A stretch of DNA of 45,538 nt from Thermoanaerobaculia bacterium (GCA_963816185.1 CAWFJJ010000014.1:1-45538); one strand, 5' to 3'. Shown: positions 8,818-19,460, counted from the stretch's first letter. Notes: a model not told the origin generated them from the letters alone. Program-made: numbers and translations.

Positions 8818-11616
8818 TCAGAACGGATAGCCGACGGAAAACGCGAAAGCTCCGGCGTCCTCGCCACTCTTGCGGTCGAGCTTCAGCCCGTACTCGAGGC
8901 GAATCGGGCCGACCGGCGTCTGATAGTGAAGGCCGAGCCCGGCTCCGGGCCGGAGCTGACTCAAGGTCACGCTGTTCGGATCGGCCCAGACCTGGCCGAT
9001 GTCGAAGAAGAGAGCCGCCTCGAATCCGCTCGCGACCGGGATGCGCCACTCGGCATTCGCGACGAGCTCCGCCGTCCCCCCTTCGCCCACGCCGTCGGCG
9101 TTCAGAGTCTCCCCCGGGATTCCGAGATTGTCGCGTGAAAAGGCGCGATGGGTGGACGATCCGCCCGCGAACAGCCGCTCCGGGACGGGCACGATGAGGT
9201 TCGGCGAGCACGTACCGGTCGCCTGAAGCTCGGGAGGGCACGCCTGGTGGTTCCAGATGATGCCGCCGCGGGCCGAGAAGACCAGCCGCGTCGTCCCGTA
9301 CGGCCGATAGAGCGCGGCCTGGAGCAGGGCCTTGACGAAGTCCGCGTCCGCCACGAGGTAGGGAAAGGCGTACTTGACGTCCGCGGCGACGAATGTGCCC
9401 GAGCGCGGGTTCAGCGGGTCGTCGCGCCGGTCCCAGGTCACGCCGCCCGCGACCGAGCTGATACGGCTCGGCTGGTTCGCGCGCTGGTCCGCGCCGAGCC
9501 CGGGGTCGGAGCTTGGATCGACGAGCTCGTACTGGTAGCGCAGGCCCGTGCGCAGAGAGGTCGAGGGGCGGTACTCCACCTGAAGGAAGGCTCCCGTTCG
9601 CTTCACGAGGATGGCCGAGAAGAAGTCGTTCGTCCGGTACGCGGCCACGGAGACCGGAACGAGGCCGCCGAACAGCGACCGGTCCCGCGCCGAGAGGATG
9701 ACCCTCGGGTCGCGGTTCGAGATGCGCCCTTCCCCGCTCACCTCGAGGGCGCGACCGAAGAGATTGTTGTACGACACTCCGAGCGAAAGGCGCGCCGAGA
9801 GGTCGGTGCCGGGTGACTGCGGCTGGTATTCCGCGCCGATTCCGTACGTGATGCTCCACGGACGCGCTTCGGAGACGGTGACGACCACCGCCCGCGAGCT
9901 GGTCTCCGGGTCGGTTGGGAACGTCGAGACCTCGATCTTCTGGAAGATGCCGAGGCGCGCGAGGTTCTGCTGCGTCTCGAGGAGCTTCGTGAGCGAGAAA
10001 GGCGAGCCTTCTTTGTTCGCGAGGCGGTCCTCCACGATGAAGGGCCGCGTGCGCCGGTAGCCGCGCAGAATCGTCTTGCCGAAGGTTACGGGTTGGCCCT
10101 CGGTCACGAGGTACGTCACCTCCGCCCGCTCTCCCTCCGGCGGCACCGGGTCCCGAAAACGCACGGACGATTCCACCTTCGCGTCCACGTACCCCCGATC
10201 CACGTAGAGGGACTGCAGGAGAGCCGCGTCGTCGCTGACCGTGGACTCCGAATACGGGAGGCCGGCCTTGACGGCGAGCCGCGGCAGGAGGACGTCCTCG
10301 GGCACCGTCTTGATGCCCGCCACGGTGCGCGACGCGACGATCGTCCGGAGCCCTTCCTCGACCTTGAACGTCACGTCGAGCGTGTCCCGTGAAGCGCCGT
10401 CCGTCACGGCCGGGGGCGCGACTCTCGCGAACCGGAACCCCCTGGCGCGATAGAGCGCCTCCAGGGCGTCGCGATCCGCAGCCGCATCTTCATCCACGTA
10501 TCGGCCGGAATCGAGGAGGCCGCGCGGGCGCATCTGGAGCGCGCCGAAGGCGTCCTTCGGTGGCAGGCTGGCGGCGCCGACGACCTTCACGGACGAGATC
10601 GTCCACCGCTCCCCTTTCTCGATCGAGAACGCCACGAGCTCCTCATCGGCCGTCGTTTCGAACGTGACGTCCACCTTCGCCCGCGCGTAGCCTTTTTCCT
10701 GATACGTGCGGCGGAGCCCGTCTTTCAAGACCTGAAGAGAGTCTTCGTCCGAAGGCTCGCCGCGCGTCCAGGGTGAGTCGGGGTGCGCGCGCACGACCTT
10801 CTCGCCCTCCCCCGTGACCTTCAGGACGACTCGCGGCCCGACGAAGAGAGCGTAGTGCGGCGTCACGGTCGCCGAGGCCGCGTCGTACTGCTCGTCGTCG
10901 AGGCGCACCTCCGCCCGCGAGTATCCGGCCCGCCGATAAGCGGTCGTGAAGCGCTCGGCGTCCTCCCGGGCCGCGGTGCCGCGATAGGGTTTGCCTTTCT
11001 TCGATTTCGCTTTCGCGAGCAGCGTCGCTTCGTCGAGGGGGCCAAGCGGGGCCGAGAAGCGGGGAGCTTCCGCCACGGCGCGCGGGCCCTTCTCCACGTT
11101 GAACCGGACGTCCACGGAGGTCTCGTCGGCGCCGGTCTCGACGGCCGTCGCGATCTTCGGATCGAAATAGCCCTCCTCGCGCAGGACACGCCGGATCTCG
11201 GACTCGTACTTCGGCTTGAGATCGCTTTGCCACGGATTGCCCGGCCCGAGTCCGATGGCGTCGAGGATGCGGCCCGCCGCGGGGACTTTGGGGGAGAGTG
11301 CGAGCCTTTCGATCCGCGGCGCCGCGGAGAAGACGACGACCACGATGGAGCCGGCGGGCGACGGCGACGCCTCGACGGCGAGGTCGGAAAAGAGGCGCGT
11401 CGCGAAGAGGTTGCGGAGGCTCGTTCGCACGGCGTCGCCCGACAGGGTGCGCCCGGGCGCGAGGTCGGTCAGGGCGGCGAGCCGGTGCTCGTCGACCGGC
11501 GCGTCGCCGCGAAACGACAGGGAGGCGATTCCCGTTCCGTAGAGCGTCTCTGCGGACCCGCGCGCCGCGACGAGGAGCGCTCCCAGGGCGAACAGGACGG
11601 CGCGGAAGGACTTCAC
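8818..11616 (-). CDS. Omp85-family outer membrane assembly protein (TamA/BamA-like, multiple POTRA domains)
   Basis: Signal peptide after GTG 11616 (GTGA overlap with tamB); POTRA GY..A repeats; FAGGSSTHRAF and TPVGPIRLEYG barrel motifs; terminal F. Confidence 0.9.
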   Translation of the reverse strand: MKSFRAVLFALGALLVAARGSAETLYGTGIASLSFRGDAPVDEHRLAALTDLAPGRTLSGDAVRTSLRNLFATRLFSDLAVEASPSPAGSIVVVVFSAAPRIERLALSPKVPAAGRILDAIGLGPGNPWQSDLKPKYESEIRRVLREEGYFDPKIATAVETGADETSVDVRFNVEKGPRAVAEAPRFSAPLGPLDEATLLAKAKSKKGKPYRGTAAREDAERFTTAYRRAGYSRAEVRLDDEQYDAASATVTPHYALFVGPRVVLKVTGEGEKVVRAHPDSPWTRGEPSDEDSLQVLKDGLRRTYQEKGYARAKVDVTFETTADEELVAFSIEKGERWTISSVKVVGAASLPPKDAFGALQMRPRGLLDSGRYVDEDAAADRDALEALYRARGFRFARVAPPAVTDGASRDTLDVTFKVEEGLRTIVASRTVAGIKTVPEDVLLPRLAVKAGLPYSESTVSDDAALLQSLYVDRGYVDAKVESSVRFRDPVPPEGERAEVTYLVTEGQPVTFGKTILRGYRRTRPFIVEDRLANKEGSPFSLTKLLETQQNLARLGIFQKIEVSTFPTDPETSSRAVVVTVSEARPWSITYGIGAEYQPQSPGTDLSARLSLGVSYNNLFGRALEVSGEGRISNRDPRVILSARDRSLFGGLVPVSVAAYRTNDFFSAILVKRTGAFLQVEYRPSTSLRTGLRYQYELVDPSSDPGLGADQRANQPSRISSVAGGVTWDRRDDPLNPRSGTFVAADVKYAFPYLVADADFVKALLQAALYRPYGTTRLVFSARGGIIWNHQACPPELQATGTCSPNLIVPVPERLFAGGSSTHRAFSRDNLGIPGETLNADGVGEGGTAELVANAEWRIPVASGFEAALFFDIGQVWADPNSVTLSQLRPGAGLGLHYQTPVGPIRLEYGLKLDRKSGEDAGAFAFSVGYPF

Positions 11617-14600
11617 CGCAGTCGCTGCCGGATGCGCAGCTCGAGCGAGTAGATCCCGTTCTCGTCGAGCCGGGCCTGAATGAGGGCTGCGGGGGTGAGC
11701 TGGTAGTCGAGGGTGATGATCTGCTGCTGGTTGCTCGACAGCACGAACGAGACCGTCCCGTTGAAGTTCTTGCCGAGGCTCTTGCCGACCGTGACGCGCG
11801 GCGCGTCGAACGAGGTGCCCGAGATCGTGGGGTCGATCTGGAGCCGGTCCAGCCGGAAGAACTGCTTCGTCCGGGTCGTGACCGCCGAGGTCGCAAGGCT
11901 CGCGAGGAGCTCGCGCGCCGCCTTCGACACGGAATCGTCGGACGAGATCGGCGCCGCTCCGACGGGCGCTCCCGCGACGGCGTTCTGTGCGATGTCGCCG
12001 GACGTCATCAGCGAGACGATCTGCGCCTCGGAGAGCTGCGGGTCCGAGGAGAATGTCGGCGAAAAGCGCGTCGGCGTGCCCGTGAGGCCGAACGTGATCT
12101 GGTAGCGGCTCACGGTTCCCCGCGCCTCGAGCTCGAAGAAGGGCTCGATCTTGAGAGGGTTCGAGAAGAGGATCTTGGCCGACACGATCTCGTAACGCTG
12201 GCCCTGCAGCGTGAGGCGGCCGCCCTCTTCTGCCGTGACCTCGCCGAACAGGAGCGGATGACCCCACGTTCCGCGGAGGAAGAGCTCGCCCGAGAGCTTC
12301 AGTCGGGCCACGTTATTGCGCACCTCGATGGAAGATGTCGGCGCCAGCAGCCGGACGTCGAGCGCGACCGCGTCGAATACGGTCGGGTTTCCGGCCGTCA
12401 CCGCGGCGCGTTTTCGCGCCAGGAGCGACGTGATGTCCAGCGAGAAGTCGCGGCCGTACACCGCGTGGTCGAACGAGAGGTCTCCGCGCACCGTGCGAAG
12501 GAGCGTGTCGCCCAGGAGCACGAGATCGCCGGAGAACGTGGCCCGGAAGCCGTCGAACGGCGAAGCACGGACGCGCGCCACGTGCGCGCTCAGCCGGAAG
12601 GACGTCGGCTTCAGGCCCGAGAGAGAGATGAAGCCCCCGACATCCACGGTCCCGCCGTTGTATCGAACCGAGAGGTCCGAGGCGGTGATGCGGTCTTCCG
12701 AAAACAGGAACGTTCCCGTGATCGACTCGAACGCGGCGCCGCCCGGCGAGGAGAGATCCACGCCGTCGAGCGAAACTCGTCCGAGGAACGCCGGCTTGGA
12801 GGCCGTTCCGCTCACCTTGAGATCCACGGTCGCGCGCCCGGCCGCATTCATTCCCTCGAGCGCCGGCTTGAGAAGCGCGGCGTCGAATGAGCCTGCGGCG
12901 ACCACGTCGAGCGCGTGCGGAGCGGTCAGCCCCAGGCTTCCCGAGATCGTGAGAGTCGTCGGCGGCGCCGGAGGCAGATCCTCGCGCGGTATCTCCGCGA
13001 GCGTCAGCCGTTCGAGAGAGAGCTTCCCGTTCTCCACCTTGAGCGGCGCGGGCGCGCGGAGCTCGAGCGTCCGTCCGTACGCCGTGAGGCGCGCGGCCGA
13101 TACCGTGCCCTCCCCTCGCAGAGCGCTCACGTCCTTGCCGGTCGCCAGCGACGCTTCGGCCGCGAGCCGCCCGTCGAGGCGGGCTTCCTCGGGCAGACCG
13201 AGCAGCGACGCGAACGGTGCGAGAGACGAAACCTCGATGCGGCCGCGCCATCGTTCTCCCGCCGCGTCGGGTTGGAGCGTGATCTCGGCTGCGTCGGGGG
13301 CACGCGCGAGCAGCGTGAAGGCGCCGCGATCTGCCGTGACCCGGAGCTCGAGCCGGGTGCCCGGACGCTCGAGCGGACTCCCGCCCCAAGCCGCCTCGGC
13401 GACGCTCGCCGAAACGTCGAGATTTGGTTTGTCCACCGTCCCGGACCCCTTCACGTGCGCCGAAAGGGTCCCCGTGAGCGGCAGCCCCTCCGCCGCTCCC
13501 AGGCGGGCGATGGGAAGGGCCTGGACATCGAGATCGAGTCCATAGGCGCGGTCGGCATATCGATAGAAGCCGCCGAAGCTCGCCGTGCCGTCCGCCAGAC
13601 GCGCCGTCGCGTTCTCGACGGCGATCCGGTCCTTCTCGAACGCCAGCTCGCCTTCCAGGCGGTCGAGCTTCTGGCCCCACAGGCTCGCATCGGTCAGGAC
13701 GAGCGGGATCCGGCCGGACAAGGCCGGGGTGACGCCGTCGAGCGGCAGACGTCCGGTCCCCGCGCCGGTGATCGGCAGATCGAGATCCAGGAACTTCAGC
13801 ACGCGCTCGATGGGCCACGCGGAAAACTCCGCCGCGAGGCCGTCCAGGCGGTACGCGCCCTTGAGGGCCCCGCCCCAGCCGATCTTCCCCGTGACGGAGA
13901 GAGAGGCGCCTCCGTCCGTCGCGGTGAATGGCGAGAACGTGGCCACGTTCCTGTCCACGAGAAAATCGGCAGAGGCGGTCCCGAACGGCACGCCTCGGAG
14001 CACGAAATCCGAGGCGGAGAGCCGCCCCTCGACCCGCGGATCGGAGAAGCTGCGAGAAAGGTGTGCGGCGATCCGCCCGGCTCCTCCCAGGTTCAAGGGC
14101 GGCGTCAGGGGCTCCTTCTGGATCGCGGGATAGAAGTTGTCGGCGATCCGTTCGACTTCGGTCAGGTCGTCGGCCGCGACGTCGATCTGAAGGTCGGGCT
14201 GCCAGGTTCCGAGGTGCAACCCGCCGTCGACGCGGATCCTGGCCCCCCCGGCCGTCGCGAACGAGACGCCCTGGAAGAGGAGCTGCCCGTCTCGGACTTC
14301 GAGGGGACCGCCTCCGGAGAAGGGCAGCGCAAACCGTCCCTTGACCGCCGAAGGCCGTCCTCCGTCCGCCGTCAGGTGGATGCTCCCGATGCCGTCCGCA
14401 TGCTCGATTCCGCCTCGCCCGAACGTCAGGGTCGTGTCGAGGTCGGCGCGTCCCATGAGCCCCGTCCCTTTGAGCCCGAGGTCCGAGAAGAACTGCTCGA
14501 AGTCCAGGCCGCTCCCGCGCAGCGCGATGCGAACCGGAAGCGGGGGTCTCTTGATCCTCTCGAGCTGGACGACGGCCTCGAGCGTTCCGCCCGCGCAGCT

Positions 14601-15596
14601 CGCGCGCGTGACGTTCACGAGGAGGCCGTTCGGGTCCACCCGAATCACGCCCTCGCCCGTCATCGGGAACGGCCCGAACGCGGCCGAGGGGAGGTCGAAC
14701 GCTCCGAAGATGCGATAGCCGCCCGGCTCGCCGAAGCGCAGGGTGCCGCGCAACGTCACGCCGCCCGTGAGCGGCAGGCCGAGCCCGAAGACTCTCGACA
14801 GCTCTTCGCCGGTCGTGTCGGCGCGTGCAACGAGAGCGAGAACGGGTTTGGCGAGATCGTCGACGCCGCCCGAAGCCTCGAGCTTCAGCCGGTCGCCGCG
14901 CAGCCTCAGGCCCGTCAGGTGCACGCGCCCCGGCGCGAGCGTCACCTCCGCACCGATCGCGAAGTCGAGCGTCTCGTTGTCCTCCAGCTTGAAGCGGCCC
15001 TTGCGACACGCGAGCGCGAGGTGGGTGACCGTCCGGCTGCGGCCGGATCTGGCCGTCACCGCCGCGTCCTGGAGCACCGCGTCGATCTCCGCGCTCCACT
15101 CACGGAAACGGAGAGTCGCGCGCTGGATGACGGCCTCCTGCAAGCGGACCTCGACGCCTCCGCCGCCGCCTCCCGCGAACGCATCGAGAATCGGCTTCAC
15201 ATTCGTCGTGCCATCCGCGAACACCTCGACGACCACGCGCGGCGAAACGACACGGAGCTTCGGGAGGTCGATTCGGCGGCTCGTGATCGTCGGCAGGCCG
15301 CGCAGCTCGATTTCCGCCGCCGAGAACGCGGGTCCCGCGAGACCGCGGCGGTCGTTCGCCACGGCGACGTCCCGCACGAGGAAAGCGAACGGCACGAGCG
15401 CGAGGTCGAAGCTCCCGATCGTGACGGTCCGCCCGATCTTCGCCGTCAGCAGCGTTTCGGTCCGTCGGCGGAGAAGCTCCTGGAAACGCGAGGAGCGAAA
15501 GACCCCGTAAAGGACGAGCAAAGAGAAGAGGAGAAGAAGCGTGAAGAGACGGACGAGCCGGACCTGCGTGAGGGAGAGGTGCGGAAGGCGGCGCAT
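11613..15596 (-). CDS. tamB: Translocation/assembly module TamB (AsmA-like, C-terminal DUF490)
   Basis: N-terminal TM anchor, long beta-rich body, FSSDPQLSEAQIVSL and VTVGK C-terminal motifs; adjacent Omp85 gene. Confidence 0.85.
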   Translation of the reverse strand: MRRLPHLSLTQVRLVRLFTLLLLFSLLVLYGVFRSSRFQELLRRRTETLLTAKIGRTVTIGSFDLALVPFAFLVRDVAVANDRRGLAGPAFSAAEIELRGLPTITSRRIDLPKLRVVSPRVVVEVFADGTTNVKPILDAFAGGGGGGVEVRLQEAVIQRATLRFREWSAEIDAVLQDAAVTARSGRSRTVTHLALACRKGRFKLEDNETLDFAIGAEVTLAPGRVHLTGLRLRGDRLKLEASGGVDDLAKPVLALVARADTTGEELSRVFGLGLPLTGGVTLRGTLRFGEPGGYRIFGAFDLPSAAFGPFPMTGEGVIRVDPNGLLVNVTRASCAGGTLEAVVQLERIKRPPLPVRIALRGSGLDFEQFFSDLGLKGTGLMGRADLDTTLTFGRGGIEHADGIGSIHLTADGGRPSAVKGRFALPFSGGGPLEVRDGQLLFQGVSFATAGGARIRVDGGLHLGTWQPDLQIDVAADDLTEVERIADNFYPAIQKEPLTPPLNLGGAGRIAAHLSRSFSDPRVEGRLSASDFVLRGVPFGTASADFLVDRNVATFSPFTATDGGASLSVTGKIGWGGALKGAYRLDGLAAEFSAWPIERVLKFLDLDLPITGAGTGRLPLDGVTPALSGRIPLVLTDASLWGQKLDRLEGELAFEKDRIAVENATARLADGTASFGGFYRYADRAYGLDLDVQALPIARLGAAEGLPLTGTLSAHVKGSGTVDKPNLDVSASVAEAAWGGSPLERPGTRLELRVTADRGAFTLLARAPDAAEITLQPDAAGERWRGRIEVSSLAPFASLLGLPEEARLDGRLAAEASLATGKDVSALRGEGTVSAARLTAYGRTLELRAPAPLKVENGKLSLERLTLAEIPREDLPPAPPTTLTISGSLGLTAPHALDVVAAGSFDAALLKPALEGMNAAGRATVDLKVSGTASKPAFLGRVSLDGVDLSSPGGAAFESITGTFLFSEDRITASDLSVRYNGGTVDVGGFISLSGLKPTSFRLSAHVARVRASPFDGFRATFSGDLVLLGDTLLRTVRGDLSFDHAVYGRDFSLDITSLLARKRAAVTAGNPTVFDAVALDVRLLAPTSSIEVRNNVARLKLSGELFLRGTWGHPLLFGEVTAEEGGRLTLQGQRYEIVSAKILFSNPLKIEPFFELEARGTVSRYQITFGLTGTPTRFSPTFSSDPQLSEAQIVSLMTSGDIAQNAVAGAPVGAAPISSDDSVSKAARELLASLATSAVTTRTKQFFRLDRLQIDPTISGTSFDAPRVTVGKSLGKNFNGTVSFVLSSNQQQIITLDYQLTPAALIQARLDENGIYSLELRIRQRLR

Positions 15597-15603
15597 CTCC
15601 CCG

Positions 15604-16503
15604 CTACCGAGCCGCGTTCTCCCGCTCGCCGCCGAACGAGAGCTTTCCGGCGAGGACCTCGAAGAACGACGCCTCCGAGGATCGCACGAGAGAGATCGTC
15701 TCGGAGGACCGGGCGATCGCGATGCGCGTCATGGAGCCCACCGGGAATCCTTCCTGGCCGTCGAGCGTCAGGAAGACGTCCGTGGGGTCGTTCTCCACCG
15801 ACAGGTCGAGGCGGACGGAATCCGGGAGGACGAGCGGGCGCAGCGTCAGAGTGTGCGGGCACACCGGCGTGAGAACGATCGCCGGCAAGGTCGGTTCGAG
15901 GATGGGCCCGCCCGCCGAAAGGTTGTACGCGGTCGAGCCCGTCGGCGTCGACACGATGAGCCCGTCTCCGCGGTATCGCGACACCATGCGGCCGTCCACG
16001 TCGACGCGGATCGTCGCGATGCGCGCGAGCGCCGATTTGGCGAGAACGGCGTCGTTCACGACACGGTAGCGGCGCGGCGCGCGACTGCGCTCCGTCACGC
16101 GAACCGAGAGCAGGCGCCGCCTCTCGATGTGCGCCGTTCCGGCCAGCGCTCTCTCGAGCACTTCCGCCGACTCGTCCGGCCTGCAGGTCGTCAGGAATCC
16201 GAGCGTGCCGATGTCGATTCCCAGGACGGCGACGCCGGGCGCCGGATGACGCGCCACCGAGAGGAGCGTTCCATCTCCTCCGAGCGTCACGACGAGATCC
16301 ACGAGACGCGCGATCTGAGCGCGGGGCGCCCCGCCCGAGACGCCGCGAGCTCGCGACGATTCGACGTCGTGGATGACCGTGATCCCGCGGCGCGCGAGCT
16401 GCCGTTCGAGCTTGCGCGAAAGGGCGATCGCCGCCGCGCTGCTGTAGCGCGTCACGAGACCCACACGCCGCACGCGTCGGCCCGGCCGAAGCCCGGATTT
16501 CAC
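15604..16503 (-). CDS. nadK: NAD+ kinase
   Basis: LGGDGTLL, GTLGFL, VNDAV, STPTGSTAYNLSAGGP. Confidence 0.95.
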   Translation of the reverse strand: MKSGLRPGRRVRRVGLVTRYSSAAAIALSRKLERQLARRGITVIHDVESSRARGVSGGAPRAQIARLVDLVVTLGGDGTLLSVARHPAPGVAVLGIDIGTLGFLTTCRPDESAEVLERALAGTAHIERRRLLSVRVTERSRAPRRYRVVNDAVLAKSALARIATIRVDVDGRMVSRYRGDGLIVSTPTGSTAYNLSAGGPILEPTLPAIVLTPVCPHTLTLRPLVLPDSVRLDLSVENDPTDVFLTLDGQEGFPVGSMTRIAIARSSETISLVRSSEASFFEVLAGKLSFGGERENAAR

Positions 16504-17249
16504 CCCGGAAGTGTAGCGGGATTCCTGCGGAACGCCGCGAGCAGCTCGACGTTTCCTTCGGCCCCCGTGATCGGCGAAGGAATCGCCCCGCGGCTCGTGA
16601 GAGAGAGCCGCTCGGCGGCCGCCGTCACGCGCGCCAGGGCCCGCACGCGCACGCCCTCGTCGCGCACGATGCCGCCGCGGCCCACCTCCCCGCGCACCGC
16701 CTCGAACTGCGGTTTGACGAGGAGAAGGACGTCCGCCTCCTCTGCGAGCAGGGGCACGGCCGCCGGCAGGACGAGCGTGAGCGAGATGAACGACAGGTCC
16801 GCAACGAGAAGCGAAGGGGTCTCGGGGACGTCGGAGCGCCTCAGGAACCGCGCGTTCACTCTCTCCCGCACGACGACGCGCGCGTCGCTCCGGAGGCGGC
16901 CGTGGAGCTGCCCGTAGCCCACGTCGAGCGCGTAGACCCGAGAGGCGCCGCGTGCCAGGAGCACGTCCGTGAACCCCCCCGTCGACGCGCCGAGGTCCAG
17001 ACAGATCCGCCCTTTCGGGTCGATCCCGAAATGGGTCAGGCCGAAGTCGAGCTTCACGCCGCCGCGCGAGACCCAGGGGTGCTCCGGCTCTCCGACCACG
17101 ATCTCCGCGTCCTCCCCCACTTGCGTGCCGGGCTTGACCCTTTCCAGGCCGGCGACCGAGACCCGGCCCGCGAGGATGAGCGCCTCGGCCCGCGTCCGTG
17201 ACTCCACGAGGCCGCGCTCCACGAGGGCGACGTCGAGGCGCTTCTTCAG
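16500..17249 (-). CDS. tlyA: TlyA-family rRNA 2'-O-methyltransferase
   Basis: KRLD S4 domain, VSRGGVKL, LDLGASTGGFTD, DLSFISL, KPQFE; start placed at CTG overlapping upstream TGA (uncertain). Confidence 0.9.
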   Translation of the reverse strand: MKKRLDVALVERGLVESRTRAEALILAGRVSVAGLERVKPGTQVGEDAEIVVGEPEHPWVSRGGVKLDFGLTHFGIDPKGRICLDLGASTGGFTDVLLARGASRVYALDVGYGQLHGRLRSDARVVVRERVNARFLRRSDVPETPSLLVADLSFISLTLVLPAAVPLLAEEADVLLLVKPQFEAVRGEVGRGGIVRDEGVRVRALARVTAAAERLSLTSRGAIPSPITGAEGNVELLAAFRRNPATLPG

Positions 17250-18262
17250 AACGTCACGACGACCTTGAGGACGTCGCCTCCCTGCCGTGCGAGCGCGAAG
17301 GCCTCGGCGGCCCGCGCGAGAGGAACGCGGTTCGTCACGAGATCCTCGGCGCGGACAACGCCGCGCTCGAGGAGCGCGAGCGCCTCGCGGAAATCCCGCG
17401 CGCCGGAGGAGTAGGAGAAGAGCATCGCAAGGTCGCGCAGGTAAGGCAGGTGCGGCTCGACCGTCCACATCCTGCCGGGCTGAGCGGGCGAATAGAAGAC
17501 GACCCGTGCCGCGGGGCCCGCCGCGGCGAGCGCCGAGCCCACGGCGGACTCCGCAGTCGGCAGTACGAAGATGACGTCCGCGGCCGCGCGATCACCCCTC
17601 TTCACCTTCTCAGAAAGGTCCTCTTCGGGCGCCAGCACCTGATCGAAACCCAGTCGAAGGGAACGGGCTCGGCGCGCGGGATCGGGATCGCAGCCGACGA
17701 GCGTCGTTGCGCCCTTCGACTTCGCGACGAGACCGAGCATGATGCCGTTCGCGCCGAGCCCGATCACGGCGACGGAATCCCCTGCCGCAACGCGCGCCCG
17801 GCGGACGGCCTTCACGGCGCACGCGAGCGGCTCGACGAGCGCCCCGTCCTCGAAGGAAAGGGCGTCCGGGAGCCGAAAGGTGTCCGTGGCGACCGCGGCC
17901 GCCTCGACACGGACGTACTCCGCGAGGCCGCCGGGATGGAGGCGCGTCTTCTTCCATTCGGGGCACATGACGTCCTCCCCGGCGAGACAGAAGCGGCAGG
18001 CGCCGCAGGCCGCGTGGTGGTGCACGACGACGCGGTCGCCGGGCCGGAATGCCTTGACGAGCGCCCCGGCCTCGGCGACGACTCCCGCCGGCTCGTGCCC
18101 CAGGACGACCGGCGCCTTCGAGGCGACGTACCACGGCGTCGTATCGCTTCCGCAGATCCCCACGGCTTTCATCGCGACGACGATTTCGCCGGGGCCGGGG
18201 GCCGGCCTCTCCATCTCGACCACCGCGATGTCGTCGAGCGAGCGGACGAGAACGGCCTTCAC
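17246..18262 (-). CDS. Zn-dependent medium-chain dehydrogenase (sorbitol/threonine dehydrogenase-like)
   Basis: GICGSD, GHE, CGACRFC...C structural Zn site, VIGLGANG. Confidence 0.9.
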   Translation of the reverse strand: MKAVLVRSLDDIAVVEMERPAPGPGEIVVAMKAVGICGSDTTPWYVASKAPVVLGHEPAGVVAEAGALVKAFRPGDRVVVHHHAACGACRFCLAGEDVMCPEWKKTRLHPGGLAEYVRVEAAAVATDTFRLPDALSFEDGALVEPLACAVKAVRRARVAAGDSVAVIGLGANGIMLGLVAKSKGATTLVGCDPDPARRARSLRLGFDQVLAPEEDLSEKVKRGDRAAADVIFVLPTAESAVGSALAAAGPAARVVFYSPAQPGRMWTVEPHLPYLRDLAMLFSYSSGARDFREALALLERGVVRAEDLVTNRVPLARAAEAFALARQGGDVLKVVVTF

Positions 18263-19386
18263 GGGACGAGAGCCACCTTCCTCGCGGCGCCCTTCTCCAC
18301 CAGATCGAACGCCTCGCGCCATTGGGCGAGCGGCCGCCTCTCCGCCACGAGCGAGCTCACGGGGATCGCGCCTTCGGCGAGGAGCGCAAGGGCGGCATCC
18401 ACGTCGCGCGGCGTGTAGTGGAACGACCCCACGATCGACACCTCGCGATAGTGCACCGCAAAAGCGTCCACGCTCACGCGCGCGCCCTCGGGCATTCCCG
18501 CGAAGAGCAGCACGATCCCGCCGTTCGCGGCGAGCGCGGGGAGCGCTGCGATCACGTCGGGCGCGCCGGTCGTGTCGAGAATCAGAGAATATTTTGCTCC
18601 CTCTCCGCGCGTGTTTTCGATGCGTTCGGGTGAGGGCGCATCTTCTTCGAAGGTGAATAAGGTTGGCGGAGCACCGGCCCCGGTATCGCGCGACCGGCTT
18701 GCAATGCGCGCAATGCCTGCACCCCTTTCTAAGAAAAATCGGAGCTTCTCTTCTCGCCTTCCTGCGACGACGACCCGACGCTCCGCGCCGCTCGTCTCTT
18801 CTCCTCTCCCTCTTCCTCTTTCTTTCCCCCTCAAAAGAAAAAACATCATCGCCGCGATCGGGCCGGTGCCCACGATGAGAACGTTGACACCGTCTTGCGC
18901 TCCGTCGTTCGTCTTCACCCCATTCAGCGCGTGGACGACGCTCGCGAGCGGGTCCACCAGCGCGGCCGCCTCGTCGGAGAGGCCGGGCGGGATTCTCCTG
19001 AGGCCGCTCTTCACGATGCGCTCCGGGACGAGGAGGAAGTCCGCGAACGCCCCGAAGAGCGGCTTATCGAAGGCGGTCGCGCAGAGGTTCTCGCGGCCTC
19101 GCCGGCAATCGTCGCAGTGCCCGCAAGGGCTGGACACCGCCGAGGTCACACGCTCTCCGGGCTCGAAAGGCGCTCCCGGACCCGCTGCCTCGACGATCCC
19201 CGCGAACTCGTGACCGAGCGTGAGCGGAAAGGGAAACTTCGGATGACCGCGTTTGGCGATCTTGAAGTCGGTCGCGCACGTGAGCGCGACCTTGATGCCG
19301 ACGAGAACCTCTCCCGGCCCCGGAGAAGGGGTCGCGACCTCGCGGAGCGCGAGCCGCTCCGGCCCCTCGGAGACGAGAGCCCGCAT
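18259..19386 (-). CDS. Zn-dependent medium-chain dehydrogenase paralog with in-frame expansions
   Basis: TCATD, GHE, CGHCDDC...C, IVGTGPI; extra low-complexity segments at 18580-18850. Confidence 0.88.
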   Translation of the reverse strand: MRALVSEGPERLALREVATPSPGPGEVLVGIKVALTCATDFKIAKRGHPKFPFPLTLGHEFAGIVEAAGPGAPFEPGERVTSAVSSPCGHCDDCRRGRENLCATAFDKPLFGAFADFLLVPERIVKSGLRRIPPGLSDEAAALVDPLASVVHALNGVKTNDGAQDGVNVLIVGTGPIAAMMFFLLRGKERGRGRGEETSGAERRVVVAGRREEKLRFFLERGAGIARIASRSRDTGAGAPPTLFTFEEDAPSPERIENTRGEGAKYSLILDTTGAPDVIAALPALAANGGIVLLFAGMPEGARVSVDAFAVHYREVSIVGSFHYTPRDVDAALALLAEGAIPVSSLVAERRPLAQWREAFDLVEKGAARKVALVP

Positions 19387-19460
19387 CGCGAAGAGCGTAG
19401 CAGGACGGCTGATGCACCCGCGAGATTGACGGCCGGAATCCCGCCCCTCACGCTCGGCCG

